Origin: Vicugna vicugna
Taxonomy: Eukaryota
Assembly (NCBI GenBank): GCA_013265495.1
Contig: MU058463.1
Span: forward strand, 1 to 64,000
Length of the DNA: 64,000 nucleotides
Direction: 5' to 3'
The position numbers and the translations under genes are program-made. The notes under the pieces are model-generated. The model was given only the letters and a program-made list of their open reading frames with translations. It was not told the DNA's origin and did not search any database. This document shows positions 51,916 to 64,000 of the stretch, piece by piece (the first letter of the stretch is position 1; the number at the start of each line of letters is the position of its first letter).

Positions 51916-52329
51916 TAATCATGGAAACAGTCCAACACAGCTTTGGGAAGACTGGTTTATATGAGAATATAACCATAATTAGCTTTGGTAGGGAGTGGGT
52001 AGGACATTTGCAATTAATAATGGTCACAGACAGATAGCCTTTTAATATTTCACCCCCTGAGGACTAGGTGATCAAAAATAAAGGAGACAATATTTTAAAT
52101 GAATATCATCAGATGCGATGCACAGAGTATAACGCTAGAAGATCTCCATGAACCCTGCCCCCTGTGCTTCCCTAAAACATCTGCAGAAGCATGATCTAGT
52201 GTCTTCCCATTATCTCTGCTCCACGGTTGTATCACCTGCTGATGAATTTTGCCTGGGGATCCAGAACTTGCAGAGAAAATTAAGTGCATATGATTTCAGT
52301 TGAAGAAAAGGAAAAATAATCAAATGAAA

Positions 52330-52971
52330 AACTTAAAACTTGCTGACTGCTCTCTACCAATCCCCCATCTATTCCCTGCTACTTTCTGCTCTTTACCTTA
52401 AAAAAACTGAGGACATAGACTGCAACACCTCGATCTCTTCCCTTTTGTTATGAGTTAGGTTTTGTTTTGGGAGACAGGTTTGCTTATGCTGCAGTACATT
52501 TAAAATAATGTCTCCTTTGGGACAAAAGTTAGCCAGGTTTATTTTCCATTATAAAAGTTTCTGGCTCCCTAAACTCAAGATCCTTCTCCTTTAATACAGT
52601 CTACTGTGTGTGGGATGCTGGGTGCTGGGTGCTGTCTAGCAGATCCTTTGCAAAGACTTGTTGTATAGGTGAGTATAATTGATTGGTTCTGTTAATGCCT
52701 AGGCTATTTTCTAACTCTGTAGGGAGAGGTAAAATTATTGGTGACTTAACCCACCGTGCATCACCTTATGGGACTGGGTCTGAGGGAACCAGAGCAAAAT
52801 GATAAGATTCCAACTGCTGCTTTTGCTATGAATAATAAACTTTCCTTTTTTTTTTTCTCCCTGACTCAGGATAATTGTGTTTTCTGCAAACACCTTAAGT
52901 TTTCAATTTGGCAGGCAATATTTTAGTTTTCACATATGAATAAAATCTCATAGCTGTTATAGTTCTTGACA
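52330..52971 (+). mobile_element. MER76/MER74-like ERVL LTR
   Basis: 'ccattataaaag...ccctaaactcaag...tgctatgaataataaac...ctgactcagg...taaaatctca...agttcttgaca'; 5' boundary uncertain. Confidence 0.7.
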
Positions 52972-53439
52972 GCAAGATCAAAAACATCTCTCTGTAACAC
53001 TAGGACATCATTTGCCTTTTATTTTGGGTTGTTATTTACACAAATGGTGTGGAATAAAATTCTCGCTTCTTGGCAGAAACCAAAGTGGTGGGTAAAAGTA
53101 CTGAATGAATTGCCATTGTATTCTTTACTACCATGTGATCACAATTAAAAGAGACAACCAACTAAAACAATATCAATACTGCCAAAACTCCCATTAACAA
53201 TGCAATTACTAAACCATTTATGCATATATATATGTATATGGTTATAGTAGTGTGTTTTGTCTATAGATTGTGTCTCACTAGAGATGGATAGTCAAATAAA
53301 TGTGTGTTAAAGTCACTGGGGATAGTTCATATTTAAGTTTATTTGTACTGTTCATTTTATATTATTAAATATCTGATTTTAATTTTATCTTAAACTGACA
53401 TAAATTATTTTTTTGGATTTAGAACCAAAGCAAGAATAG

Positions 53440-54060
53440 ACTAGATTGTATCCATGGATTTATTAATCTATTCTCTCTTCAGAGACAACCGTTTAAACTC
53501 TGCAAACATATACGTAAGTACATTTAGATGTGTCTGTATAGTAAGTATGTGTGTAACCCCATTTTGTTAGGTTAAACTAAAAATACTGTATACATTTTCT
53601 AGAAATTACTTATAAGTGATATATATACAGTTTTCTTTCCTTTTTACAGCAGTAAATTTTTCCATTTTGTCGAGAGCTGGGTGTTCATTTTGTTTATCAT
53701 AGCTTATTTAACCAGTATTCCATTGATGGGCATTGCAGATATGTCCAATTGTTTATTATTATATTTTACTTTTGCTCGTACAAATAATAATTCAGTTAAA
53801 GTCCTTATTCATTTAATTTTACATATCTTTCTGTGAGTTTTGGGGATAGATTCTTAAATTGGGATTGCTACATGAAAAGGTAATTGTCTGTGAAATTTCA
53901 TAGATTTTGCCATATCCCCTTCCATGAAGGTTGCATTTCCATCAGTAATAACTAAGTTATCTGTTTCCCCACAGCTGCACAACAGACTATGTTAGATTTT
54001 TAGCAATCTGAAAAATTATATTTTAGTATAACTTTAATATGAATTTCTCTAATTATGAGA
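53440..54060 (-). mobile_element. L1ME-like 3' region
   Basis: 'ttatttaaccagtattccattgatgggcatt', 'gggattgct', 'tgcatttccatcag'. Confidence 0.65.
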
Positions 54061-56779
54061 ATTCATTTAAAACATTGTTATATTAAATTCCACTCAATAT
54101 AACATAATTATTTCAACTTCTGAGAAATGTTCCTACCTTTTCCTTTAATTTTTAACCTTCTTTCTATGCTCCAATTTCAATTACAGCCAGGGATCAATTT
54201 GGATTTGCTGAAGTTATTTAATTTGTTTTTTGTTTGTTTATTTGTTTAATCACAGACAATTCTTCCCTGTAGTTTTCATATGAAATTTTAAAAAATTGTA
54301 AAATAAAGATGATTTAAATTATTATGTGTTTATAAATTTCACTGCCAACCCAAGCTGTGACAGGCTGACACTTATTTCTTATAAATGCATTGGAGCCATT
54401 TTTTCAAAGGTCACATGTTTACATTTTGTTTAGTTAATACTTTGTTTTGCTTGAAAAAGTTCTCAAGAAATCTCCTCAGCTCTTATGTATCTGAATGGTA
54501 TGTTGTGAAACATAACTGAAAGTTTGACTGGCTAAAAATACTAGTTTGAAAAGTATTTCTTTAAAACTTAGAAAATGTTCTATTTCTTTTCATCATTCAG
54601 TAGCACTGATAAACCTTATATAATAGGTACATACACAGTTTTGGGGATCTATATATGTGATATGTTATGTCTCTATGCTCTTCATAAAATTCCATAGCAA
54701 ACAAATTTAAAATGAATCTATAGTGTACCAAAAAATGAATATTTTACAGAAAAATTTCCCAAGGTTTGGAAATGGAAAAGAAAGATTACTGGGTTTCATT
54801 TCAGTGTAGGTCTGAGTGTTGTCTAACAGACTTCCTACAATTATGTAACATTTTATAGATGCGTAAAATTGATTGTTTTTGTTATTAACAAGGCTATTTT
54901 ACAAGTCTGTAGAGGCAGAAATAAAATATATAAAATGAGAGGCATACAAGTTTGTGACCACTGCAATGCAAAGAATCACTGCTCATAGCAATGCACATAA
55001 TTTTTTTTCTATAGAAAATATTCATCTCTCTATGGTCAACTTCTCTTAAACTAGTTTTCTTGTATTATTAGGATCCTTATTAACCAATGATTTTAATAAA
55101 GTCTTTGACACATCTATTTTGAATTTAGATTAAAGTCATCTTTTTACTTTTGAAAAAGTCTATTTTAACAATAACCATATATGTAAGTTAGAAACTATTT
55201 CTAAACATACTGCCTATATAATATGGCAGAGCACTTGACTATGATTGCATTACTCAGTGCAATTAAAACATGGTTTATGATATATTGAATACAGTTTGAA
55301 TTAAAACAAACACTTTTCCCAACTGTTAATAGGCCCTCATAATCAAATAATGACTGAATGAAAAGTTGCCCCAAACATGCACTTTAGACCGCTACATTTT
55401 CTCCTGCTGATGTTACCTGAAATAAAAACAACTTTTAAAAAATAGCAGTAGTAACTAACATTATATTTTTTATTACTCAGAGAGTATATTTTTTATGTCT
55501 GGGTAAGTTAAAGTTTAGAGTAAGTCAGGAATTGTGCTCTAGGATAAAAATGGCTCTGTAGCTACATACCCAATATCTATTACAGTTGTTGAGGAAATTG
55601 TCATAAATAAGCTGAGAAATGGTGAGGGACTTACCTATATGATTTTACATTTTTATGCTAACACTACAATACACAGAAGGCCTTTATAATGTCATCTCAT
55701 TTACTTAAATGTCTTGATTTACAAAATATCATGTACAAGAAGTATGTTAATATTTAGACTTTAAAGAATTTAAGGCCTTTAAATTATGAAACTTACGCAT
55801 ATCTCTGGTAACTTTTTTCTTTTTTACTTTCCATTATAATTTTAAATACAACGAAGACGTGAACAGAGACAGTAAATCGAGTTCTTTGTTTCTGGCAGAT
55901 TCTCATATTTTTCCTGCATCAAGTTAATTCACTATAGCAGAAAATTTCACCCAGAGAGTAGTAACCATAAAATGCTTCTGTGGCTTAGATCAAGAAAATT
56001 TAGAACTAGTATATGCTACTGCAGACAATAGTGAATTCTCTCAGTACATGTGGGTTTCAATTTATAATATTTAATGATATAATGCGTACGGCTTATTTAA
56101 ATCCTATTTTATAATAAGGTACTGTGTAATATAATCATACATAATATAATTATTTATAATTAAATATATTGGAGTGATGTAATCATGTATGTAAAAATGC
56201 TATTTCAATTATCTGTTTAATAATTGCATTGTTGTGTATGAAATAAAGACAAAAGTGAATAGTTGGAAAATACTGGCTTATTTTAATGGAATCTGTATAA
56301 AATACTGTTTTATTGTCTTTGCTGGAGACAGGTTGTAGAAACTGCCAAGGAACAGTAATTCGGAAAGGCTTAATAAAGAAAGTGACAAAATTGTTCATGA
56401 AAAATTGACTCAACATTAGAGGTTGATGAAGATTGAAAAATAAATCTATTTGGCCTAATTAGAATTAATCACACAGGTTTAGAAAACTCTGAGTGCTAAA
56501 GTTCAAATAACACTGAGGTTTCTGTCAGATCCTTTGCATGAAATGAAAACTAGATTAATAAGAAGTGATTAAAATGCTAATAATAAAAGAGAAATCAATG
56601 TAAGTGGGAGAATCATTGCTATTTGGTACAATTATTTATCACAAGCATGTTGTAAAATCCCAATCAGAAGGACGGGCCTGTGGTAATAAGCTGACTTGAC
56701 CTACCATGTAGCTACATGCACTTGGGTGTGCATGTCTCATTTCCATATACGCTTTCTTGTCCATCTTGTTTACTATCTT

Positions 56780-56930
56780 ACCACACCTCAGAACAGGGAA
56801 ACTGATATCTTCTTTGTTTTGAGGATGAGAATTAAGAAGTTCAAAAGATTGTATAACTGGTAAATTACCAATATAATGGTAAAATTCAGAGTGTTTTGTC
56901 TTTAGTATCATATCACTTTCCCATGTGCCC
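56780..56930 (-). mobile_element. MIR fragment
   Basis: 'gttttgaggatgagaattaagaagttcaaaagattg' weak core match. Confidence 0.4.
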
Positions 56931-58089
56931 TGTATCTATTAAAGTAACCTTCGTTTAGTGGGCACTCAATGCATTTTGAATGATCAAATTTTAACAAAGT
57001 ATATTAAGTATTTCTTCTTTTACAATCAATTGACCTGGTGACTGTATAATTCAGTCATGTGGTGATATTTAAAGATAGTTATGCAACTACTTTTAATACC
57101 AAAATATAAAACAAGTTTAATAAAAATGTTAGTAAAATAAGTGGAGCTGATTGACATTAGAGTGAAAAAAATTCAGAATTCCTTGAACTCAATCAAAATG
57201 AAGTTTCAAACAGATTTAAATGAAAAGATTCATTCTTTTTTTCCCCTCCACAGGCATGATGTTATATATTGATTTTGGGGGTTAGACATGTAGCCTTTTC
57301 TTTCTCCCTGCCTTTCTCTTTTTCGCTCTTCTCTCTCCCTCTCTAGTAATAATGATACCAGTGATAAGAAGGATATGCTTGATGTCTGTTATGTAACAGA
57401 GCATTTAAAAAAATAGATTTTTTATTTCAATGAGAACTAATAATCTCACAAAAAATTGATAGCTGATTTTTCAAAAGTTTTACAACTATTAATTCATTGC
57501 AGAGCTCACATTGAGCAGAAGGATAGAGCTTCTAAAAGCAATAATTTTACTGATAGAACTACAAAAGCTGCTGTTAAAGCTTGACAGACTATAAATATAG
57601 AGCCTTCACGTTTAATACAATAAAAAAAATTATGCATTTTCAAAAATATGCTTCACAGGAGAAAATAGATACATGGATTATTAAAGAGGCTAACAAAAAT
57701 TTGACTTGTCTACAAGAATTGCCTAACAAAATATTTCCTATACAACCTATTTGTTTGGTTAGTGTGGTGTCATCAACAAAATCATCTGAATAAAAAGAAA
57801 TTTTAAAGACACCAGACTCTTACTATGCCTACCAAGAAGATAAAATCATTCCAAACATATTGAAGATATGTGCTGTTTGTTAGCATAATGTTTTGCAGTC
57901 ACTCTCAAGTTAAGCACAGGAAGTTCTTCCTGACCAATGTTACCAGGAACTTGGCAGTTAGATTTCACAGAACTAATGCTTGTAAAGGTAAGAGATTTTT
58001 GTTTAGATACAGCATGTGTTTGTGATGTCCTCATGGCCTGAAGTCTTTCTTTCTTCATAAGCCAAGAGTAGTAAAGTCTGCTTACCCAC

Positions 58090-58820
58090 ACCAATTAATT
58101 TTCAACAAAGGAGGCAAGAATATACAATGGAGAAAAGATGGCCAATAGGCACATGAAAAAATGCTCAGTATTACTAATTATCAGAGAAATGCAAATCAAA
58201 ATTACAATTAGGTATCACCTCACACCAGTAAGAATAACTATCATTGAAAAGTCCACAAGTGATAAATGCTGGAGAGGGTGTGGAGAAAAGGGAACCCTCC
58301 TACATTGCTGGTAGGAATGTAATTTGGTATAGCCACTATGGAGAACAGTATGGAGACTCCTTAAAAAACTAAAAATAGACTTACCCTATGATCATACAAT
58401 GTTATTCCTGGGCATACATTTGAAGGAAACTCTATTTTGAAAAGATATGTGCACCCAAGTGTTCTTAGCAGCACTATTTACAACAGCCATGACATGGAAG
58501 CAACCTAAATGCCTATCAACAGATGATTGGATAAAGAAGTTGTGGTCTATATATGCAGTGGAATATTGCTCAGTCGTAAAATAAGAATAAAATAATGCCA
58601 TTTACAGCACATGAATGGATCTGTAGATTGTCATACTAAGTGAAGTAAGCTGGAAAGAGAAAGAAAAATAACGTATGATATCACAAATATGTGGACTCTA
58701 AACAAAAATGACACAAATGAACTTCTTTACAAAACCAACAGAAAACAAACTTGTGGTTACCAGGGAGTTTGGGATATGCAGATACTAACTGAAATAATAA
58801 TAAAATAAAATAAATAAAAG
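58090..58820 (+). mobile_element. Cetartiodactyl L1 3' end with internal deletions
   Basis: Colinear with 11835-13040 except for deletions; A-rich tail at 58792-58820. Confidence 0.9.
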
Positions 58821-61636
58821 TAAATTCTTTCTTAATACATGTAGTTCCTACTTTGGGGATACCAGAGCACATTAGGTAGGACTAAGAAAGTCATTTTTTT
58901 CTACTGCTGTCAAGAATTACCAAATGTTTGCGGATTCCTAGACACCTCAGTGCACTGGACAAGTACAGCCAATGAATCAAATTCTAAAAGCACATCAGCC
59001 AAGACTCTGCAACCTACTATGATAAGATGTCCTAGAGATTTATCACTGGCCTTATTAAATATTAGAGTGGTACCTGCAAGCAAGCATGGAATTTTCCCTA
59101 GAAATTTATGTTTGGCAGACCTCTAAATTTGGGTCTGAGACTGTATCCTGCACCTGACATATCTGAATCATCTTATAAACACATTTAATACTTAAAAGAG
59201 CTTCTCTCATTTCTAAAAACCCTTTCAAGTGCTGTTGATTACCCACCTGGCTAGCAAAGTGAAAAGAATCAAAACCGGATTAATGTTTACCATGTGAAGC
59301 CAGACTCTCAGGAAGACTGCTCTGGGTTTCCTACAAAGGACTTCAAACCTAGGACTTCTACATTAACTGATATTGGTAGGGAAATACACTGACAGCAGGA
59401 ATTCTAGCAAACTGATCACTCCTGTCCTAGACTGCCTTGGTGTCCTATTCACAGTAGGTTTCCCTGGAGGCTGCCTCCTGCTAGGGAGCTGGCAGGGGAA
59501 GGACCCTCCGGTAATTCCAGAGGCACACACAGGACTCTGAGCCTAGTCTGGCTCTCCTCCCAAGGGTGGCTCTTGTGGGAGACCCAGGGCAGCAGTGCTG
59601 ATGACTCACCTATTGCTGGAGGCCGGATGGACAGGCTGGAGGGACTGGACAGGCGTGCAGAGGAAGGGCTGGTGGGCAAGTCTCAAACCTCACACCTGAT
59701 TCTTGCCTGGCCCAGGAGAGCCTGTCACAGTCTCCTCCATTTTGCAGACAGTGGAACGATTCACACAATACCTTCTGTTAATTCTATCTGCAGCTGAGAA
59801 ATCAAATTGATTTCAATTACTTTACTGAGGTATCACATTTTATTAGAAAATAAATGTATTTGTCGCATTACTGTTTTATTTCTGTACTTCCAGTAATGGT
59901 TCCCGAGATCTCTTTCCTGATTAGATTTAATTTGTCCTCCCAGTTAAGCAGCACCTGGATTTATAAATCCAATAATCTAATTATGGAAAGAGTAAAAGTA
60001 AGACTGTCTTCATCAGTAATTTTTCATAATAACAAAGTAAAAGTGATCAATATGCATCTGGTTTTTAGGTCCTATATCTGACACAAAAATGTTTTGGTAA
60101 CTGGTTTGATTGAAAGGACAGTGTAGAAAATTGTGTAAATAATAACAATAATAATAATAAGCAGAAATCTGGCAATTACAGATGGAGACTGCAAAAGACA
60201 GGTCTACTATCACTTTATCAACTTTGGGATGCAAGTTCACTTCAGTCCCAGTATAGAGAGATGAACAAAGGTGAAAGTCTGTTATTCATGGAGAATTTGT
60301 TAACTGTTGTAATAGTATAATAATTGATTTATACCCAATTTATACCCAACAGTATAATAATTGATTTATACCCAATGCAAAAAAATAAGTAAAACCCAAA
60401 CGTGAGTTTGTCCTTCAGATTTAAAATCATTAGTCATATACATTAAACTCTGGCAGCTCAATCTCTCCTTTTCTGTAGGTAGCTCATTTTAAGACAATGA
60501 TACTAGATGTGGCCATGGATGTCTTTGCATTTCATATTTAGGAAAAAATATTTGGAAAGATAGAATAATTGCTAAAGGATTTAAGTAAAAGCCATATAAT
60601 AAAGGTCCTGGTAAAAGTTATATAAATGTGATGCCATATGCTTGACTGAAACTCAGAAGATATTTATTAGTCCTTTCCAAAAAGACTTAATTAAAAAATT
60701 GAATTATCAGGCTTCAGAGTTAAGCTACTTCTTGGGCTTGTATTGGATAAGACTTCATAAGGAACTACCAAGGAATAGATTGTTAATTATTTGAACATGG
60801 AAGCAATGAAAACATTACAATAATCTGCAAGGTTAATGTATGACAAAATTTTTTGTACGTTTTGGATCAAAAATATGATTTAACTGTTCATTGGTGGTAT
60901 GGTATATTCAAAGGTTATTCCTCAGAAACAAATAATGTGCTGACTTTTATAAAATTCAGTATTTCAGTTATTCTACCACTATTCTGATAAATGATTTAAT
61001 TTTTATTTTACTTTGAACTTGCTGAATATTTAGATGGTTGCAAATCACCCAAAGAAAGTAGGAAAACATTAGAAAATTGTAAAATTACTATTTTATAACA
61101 CAGATAGGAGATTGTAAGGATAAACACAAATAAAAAAAATAAGAAGCTTAATTCTCCTTGAAAATATTGGAAGAGACTTCACTCCCTCCCTTTTCTTAGA
61201 GCACATATTTTAGAAAATTTATAATTGTAGATTCTTTCTCTTGTCTCTCTGAAATATATGTAAATCTTTTCAAAACCTAAATAAGCCTCTTGCCAGCTTT
61301 AAGACCAAGAAGTGGCTGTCTGAAGAGCCTATGAACCATCTCTTTGATATGTAATCATCAAGGAAGAAAGCCCTTATCTTTCTGTTTTTGTGGGAGGATA
61401 AGAGCCTAACTTCAGCTGACTGACAACTCACTTCTTCACTTCGAGTTGTAGAACTATGATCTTGTCATAAAAGATGTGAGAAGTTTATTTTCCTTTGGTC
61501 AAGCCAACACACTAACACACATGGTCACTCCAACTACTATGTGAATTTAGAAGGAACTACGTCTGATAAATGGTGCTTTCAAGTCCTCTTAATCAAGGAT
61601 TAATTATTATTTATCTTGAGAACATGTAGATAGTGG

Positions 61637-62168
61637 TATATTAGGCAGGGTTCTCCAGAAAAACAGAACCAATACATAAAGAGATTTATTACAAGGAACT
61701 GGCTTGTGCAGTTATGGAGGCTGACAAGTCCCAAAATCCTTACTCATCAAGCTGGAGACCAAGGACACATGATGATGTAGTAACCATCCCAGTTTGAGAT
61801 ATAGTTTCCAGTCTGAGAGCAGGAAAACCAGGAGAGATGATGATGTAGTCCCACTCTGAGAGCCCTTACATATTAGACCCAGGAAAAGCTGATATTTCAG
61901 TTGCGAGCAAAGGCAGGAAAAAACAAACAAAAAACGACAATGTCCTTGCTCACAGGCCTTCAAGCAGAAAGAATTCCTGCCTATTTGCAGGATAGCCAGA
62001 TTTTTTAATTCTATTCAGACCTTTAACTGATTAGATGGGACCCATCCACCTTAGGGAGGACATTCTGCAAATTCATATGTTAGTCTCATCCAGAAACACC
62101 CTCACAAACATACCCAGAATAATGTTTGATCAAATATCTGCATACCCTGTGCCCCAGTCCAGTTGATA
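61637..62168 (-). mobile_element. MLT2B-like ERVL LTR
   Basis: 'tattaggcagggttctccagaaaaacagaaccaata...tatggaggctgacaagtccca...aaacaccctcaca...ccagtccagttga'. Confidence 0.9.
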
Positions 62169-62618
62169 CAGTCATACATCATTTTATTGCACTTTGCTTT
62201 ATTACACTTTACAGACACTGCATTTTTTTTTTTAACAGATTGAAGGTTTGTGGCAACCCTGTGTCAAGCAAGTCTATTGATGCCATTTTTCAATAGCATT
62301 TTCTGAGTTCCTATCTCTGTGTCACATTTTGGTAATTCTTGTGATATTTCAATCTTTTTCATTATGATTTATATTTGTCGTGGTGATCTGTGATCAGTGA
62401 TTTTGATGTTACCACTATGACTTGCTGAAGACTCAGATGATGATTATCATTTTTTAGCATAAACTATTTTTAATTAAGTTTTTACATTTTTTAGACACAA
62501 TGCTATTGCACACTTAATCTACAAGTACAGCGCAAACATAACTTTCAGGTGTACTGAGAAACCAAAAAATTTGTGTGACTCACTGTATTGTGGTATTTAT
62601 TTTATTGCTATGGTCTGG
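62169..62618 (+). mobile_element. Tigger1 deletion derivative (Tigger1a-like), right TIR missing
   Basis: TA|CAGTCATACATCATTTTATTGCACTTTGC left TIR; 'ttgaaggtttgtggcaaccctg'; stops at 'tggtctgg'. Confidence 0.9.
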
Positions 62619-62814
62619 GTTGCATTCTGTTTGGCTGTTAAAAAGATGAGACTTTTTTTTGCCTTTGCAGTTTCTTAGTGGATTGCCTATAGTGCATGTC
62701 ACATTCTGTTTCAAGGGTTATTTAAAAATAAAATTGTTTTCTTTCTCTTCTACTTTTGTGGAGAGATTTCCTGAGTTAGAATGAGATTTTAGTTTTAATT
62801 ACATTTCCCAAAAC

Positions 62815-63230
62815 TATATGTGTGAGATTGTTTCTGAACTTTTTTATTTGTTCAGTTGGCCTACTGGTCTATAATTGTATATTGAATTAATTACTGTAGT
62901 TTTATCTTTTATTATATCTGCTAGAGGAGGTCCTCCTAACTTGTTCTTTTTCTTTAAGAGTGTCTTGGCTTTCATTTTTATTTCTGTATATTATAGTTTT
63001 GTTTTTTAAGTTTCTCAAAGATCAAAACAAACAAAATTGCCTGGTAGGAATTTTACTGAGGTAACTTCTATCTTTAGATAAATTTGGGGAAAATTGAATT
63101 CTCTTATATATTGCTTCTGACAATCCACAAACATCTCATAATGTCTCTTTATGACATTACTTTAAATATATTTTGATTTAAAAATTTTTATAAATAGAAT
63201 TCTTTTACATATTTGTTAGTTTTTATGCTT
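62815..63230 (-). mobile_element. Old L1 ORF2 fragment
   Basis: 'ttgttctttttctttaagagtgtcttggct', 'tagataaatttgggga'. Confidence 0.65.
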
Positions 63231-63481
63231 TTTTAAAAATTTTATTGAGGAATAAAATACTCAGAGGAAAGTACACAGCAAATTATCATAAGATGAATGC
63301 ATCTATAGTATTTTGTGATAGCACCACAAATGGACTGATACAGGGAGCCTTCAAAATGAATCCTCAAAGACTGATTATCTAGTTGGGATAAATCACATGA
63401 GACATACGCAGCTGTGAACTTTTTTACATAATAAAATACTTTCTGTTTTAGCTGCTATGCTTTAGGGCGATTTGTTGTATA

Positions 63482-63587
<106 letters not shown>

Positions 63588-64000
63588 ACTTTCAAACAAG
63601 CATTATCCATTATATCTTAAAGTGGGGCCAATCTAAATTCATACCAGTAGTAGAATGGTTATACTATTTATAGAATAATATAATGAAATTCTATGAAAAT
63701 AAATGAATGAATTGCCACAATAGATCAAAACATTCAAACATAATTTTAGCAGAAGAGAAGACTAGAACCACTCAGAGTGATTTCATTCATATGAAGTTGA
63801 ATAGTAGCAGATCTAATTGATCTAGTTTAGGGTCAAATATATGTGATCATAGTAGCTAAGGCAATTTTTTTTAATGTAATATTGTAGAACAAAAAAAATA
63901 TAGCATTATTAAGTGAGAGGAACAGAATAAGAAATGTATGTTCACAGAGAAACATATTGTCCTATTTCTCAGCTGCAAAACGTTTTCTTCATTGTAAGAG

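Larger units (their letters stand above)
61113..62813 (+). mobile_element. ERV1-type LTR (MER34/MER39-related, family uncertain) split by MLT2 and Tigger1
   Basis: 'tgtaatcatcaaggaag...gtgggaggataagagcctaacttc' before 61630; AATAAA and U5-like 'ttctacttttgtggagag...atttccc' after 62620. Confidence 0.6.

Overview
AT-rich mammalian genomic DNA (intergenic or deep intronic) made up mostly of transposable-element relics. I found no intact protein-coding exon, RNA gene, operon or CRISPR array; the listed ORFs are L1 ORF2 fragments, antisense frames of repeats, or chance ORFs. A tRNA-derived vic-1-like SINE and cetartiodactyl-type L1 3' ends, with no ruminant, pig or whale SINEs seen, point to a camelid genome. 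Content: young and old L1s (several with TSDs), L2/MIR, MaLR/ERVL/ERV1 solo LTRs, an ERVL LTR-gag-pro relic, Tigger-class DNA transposons and microsatellites. Most interesting: a degenerate Ty3/Gypsy-like gag split by a MER41-like LTR (37.6-38.9 kb), a SINE/L1-tail chimera inside one TSD, two L1 copies sharing a swapped 3' tail, a MER82-ended element carrying a MIR, a MER41-like LTR with an intact STAT1 GAS motif, and two unexplained GC-rich patches. I cannot support a new biological system from this sequence. Family names come from recalled consensus sequences, not a database search, and boundaries without TSDs are approximate.
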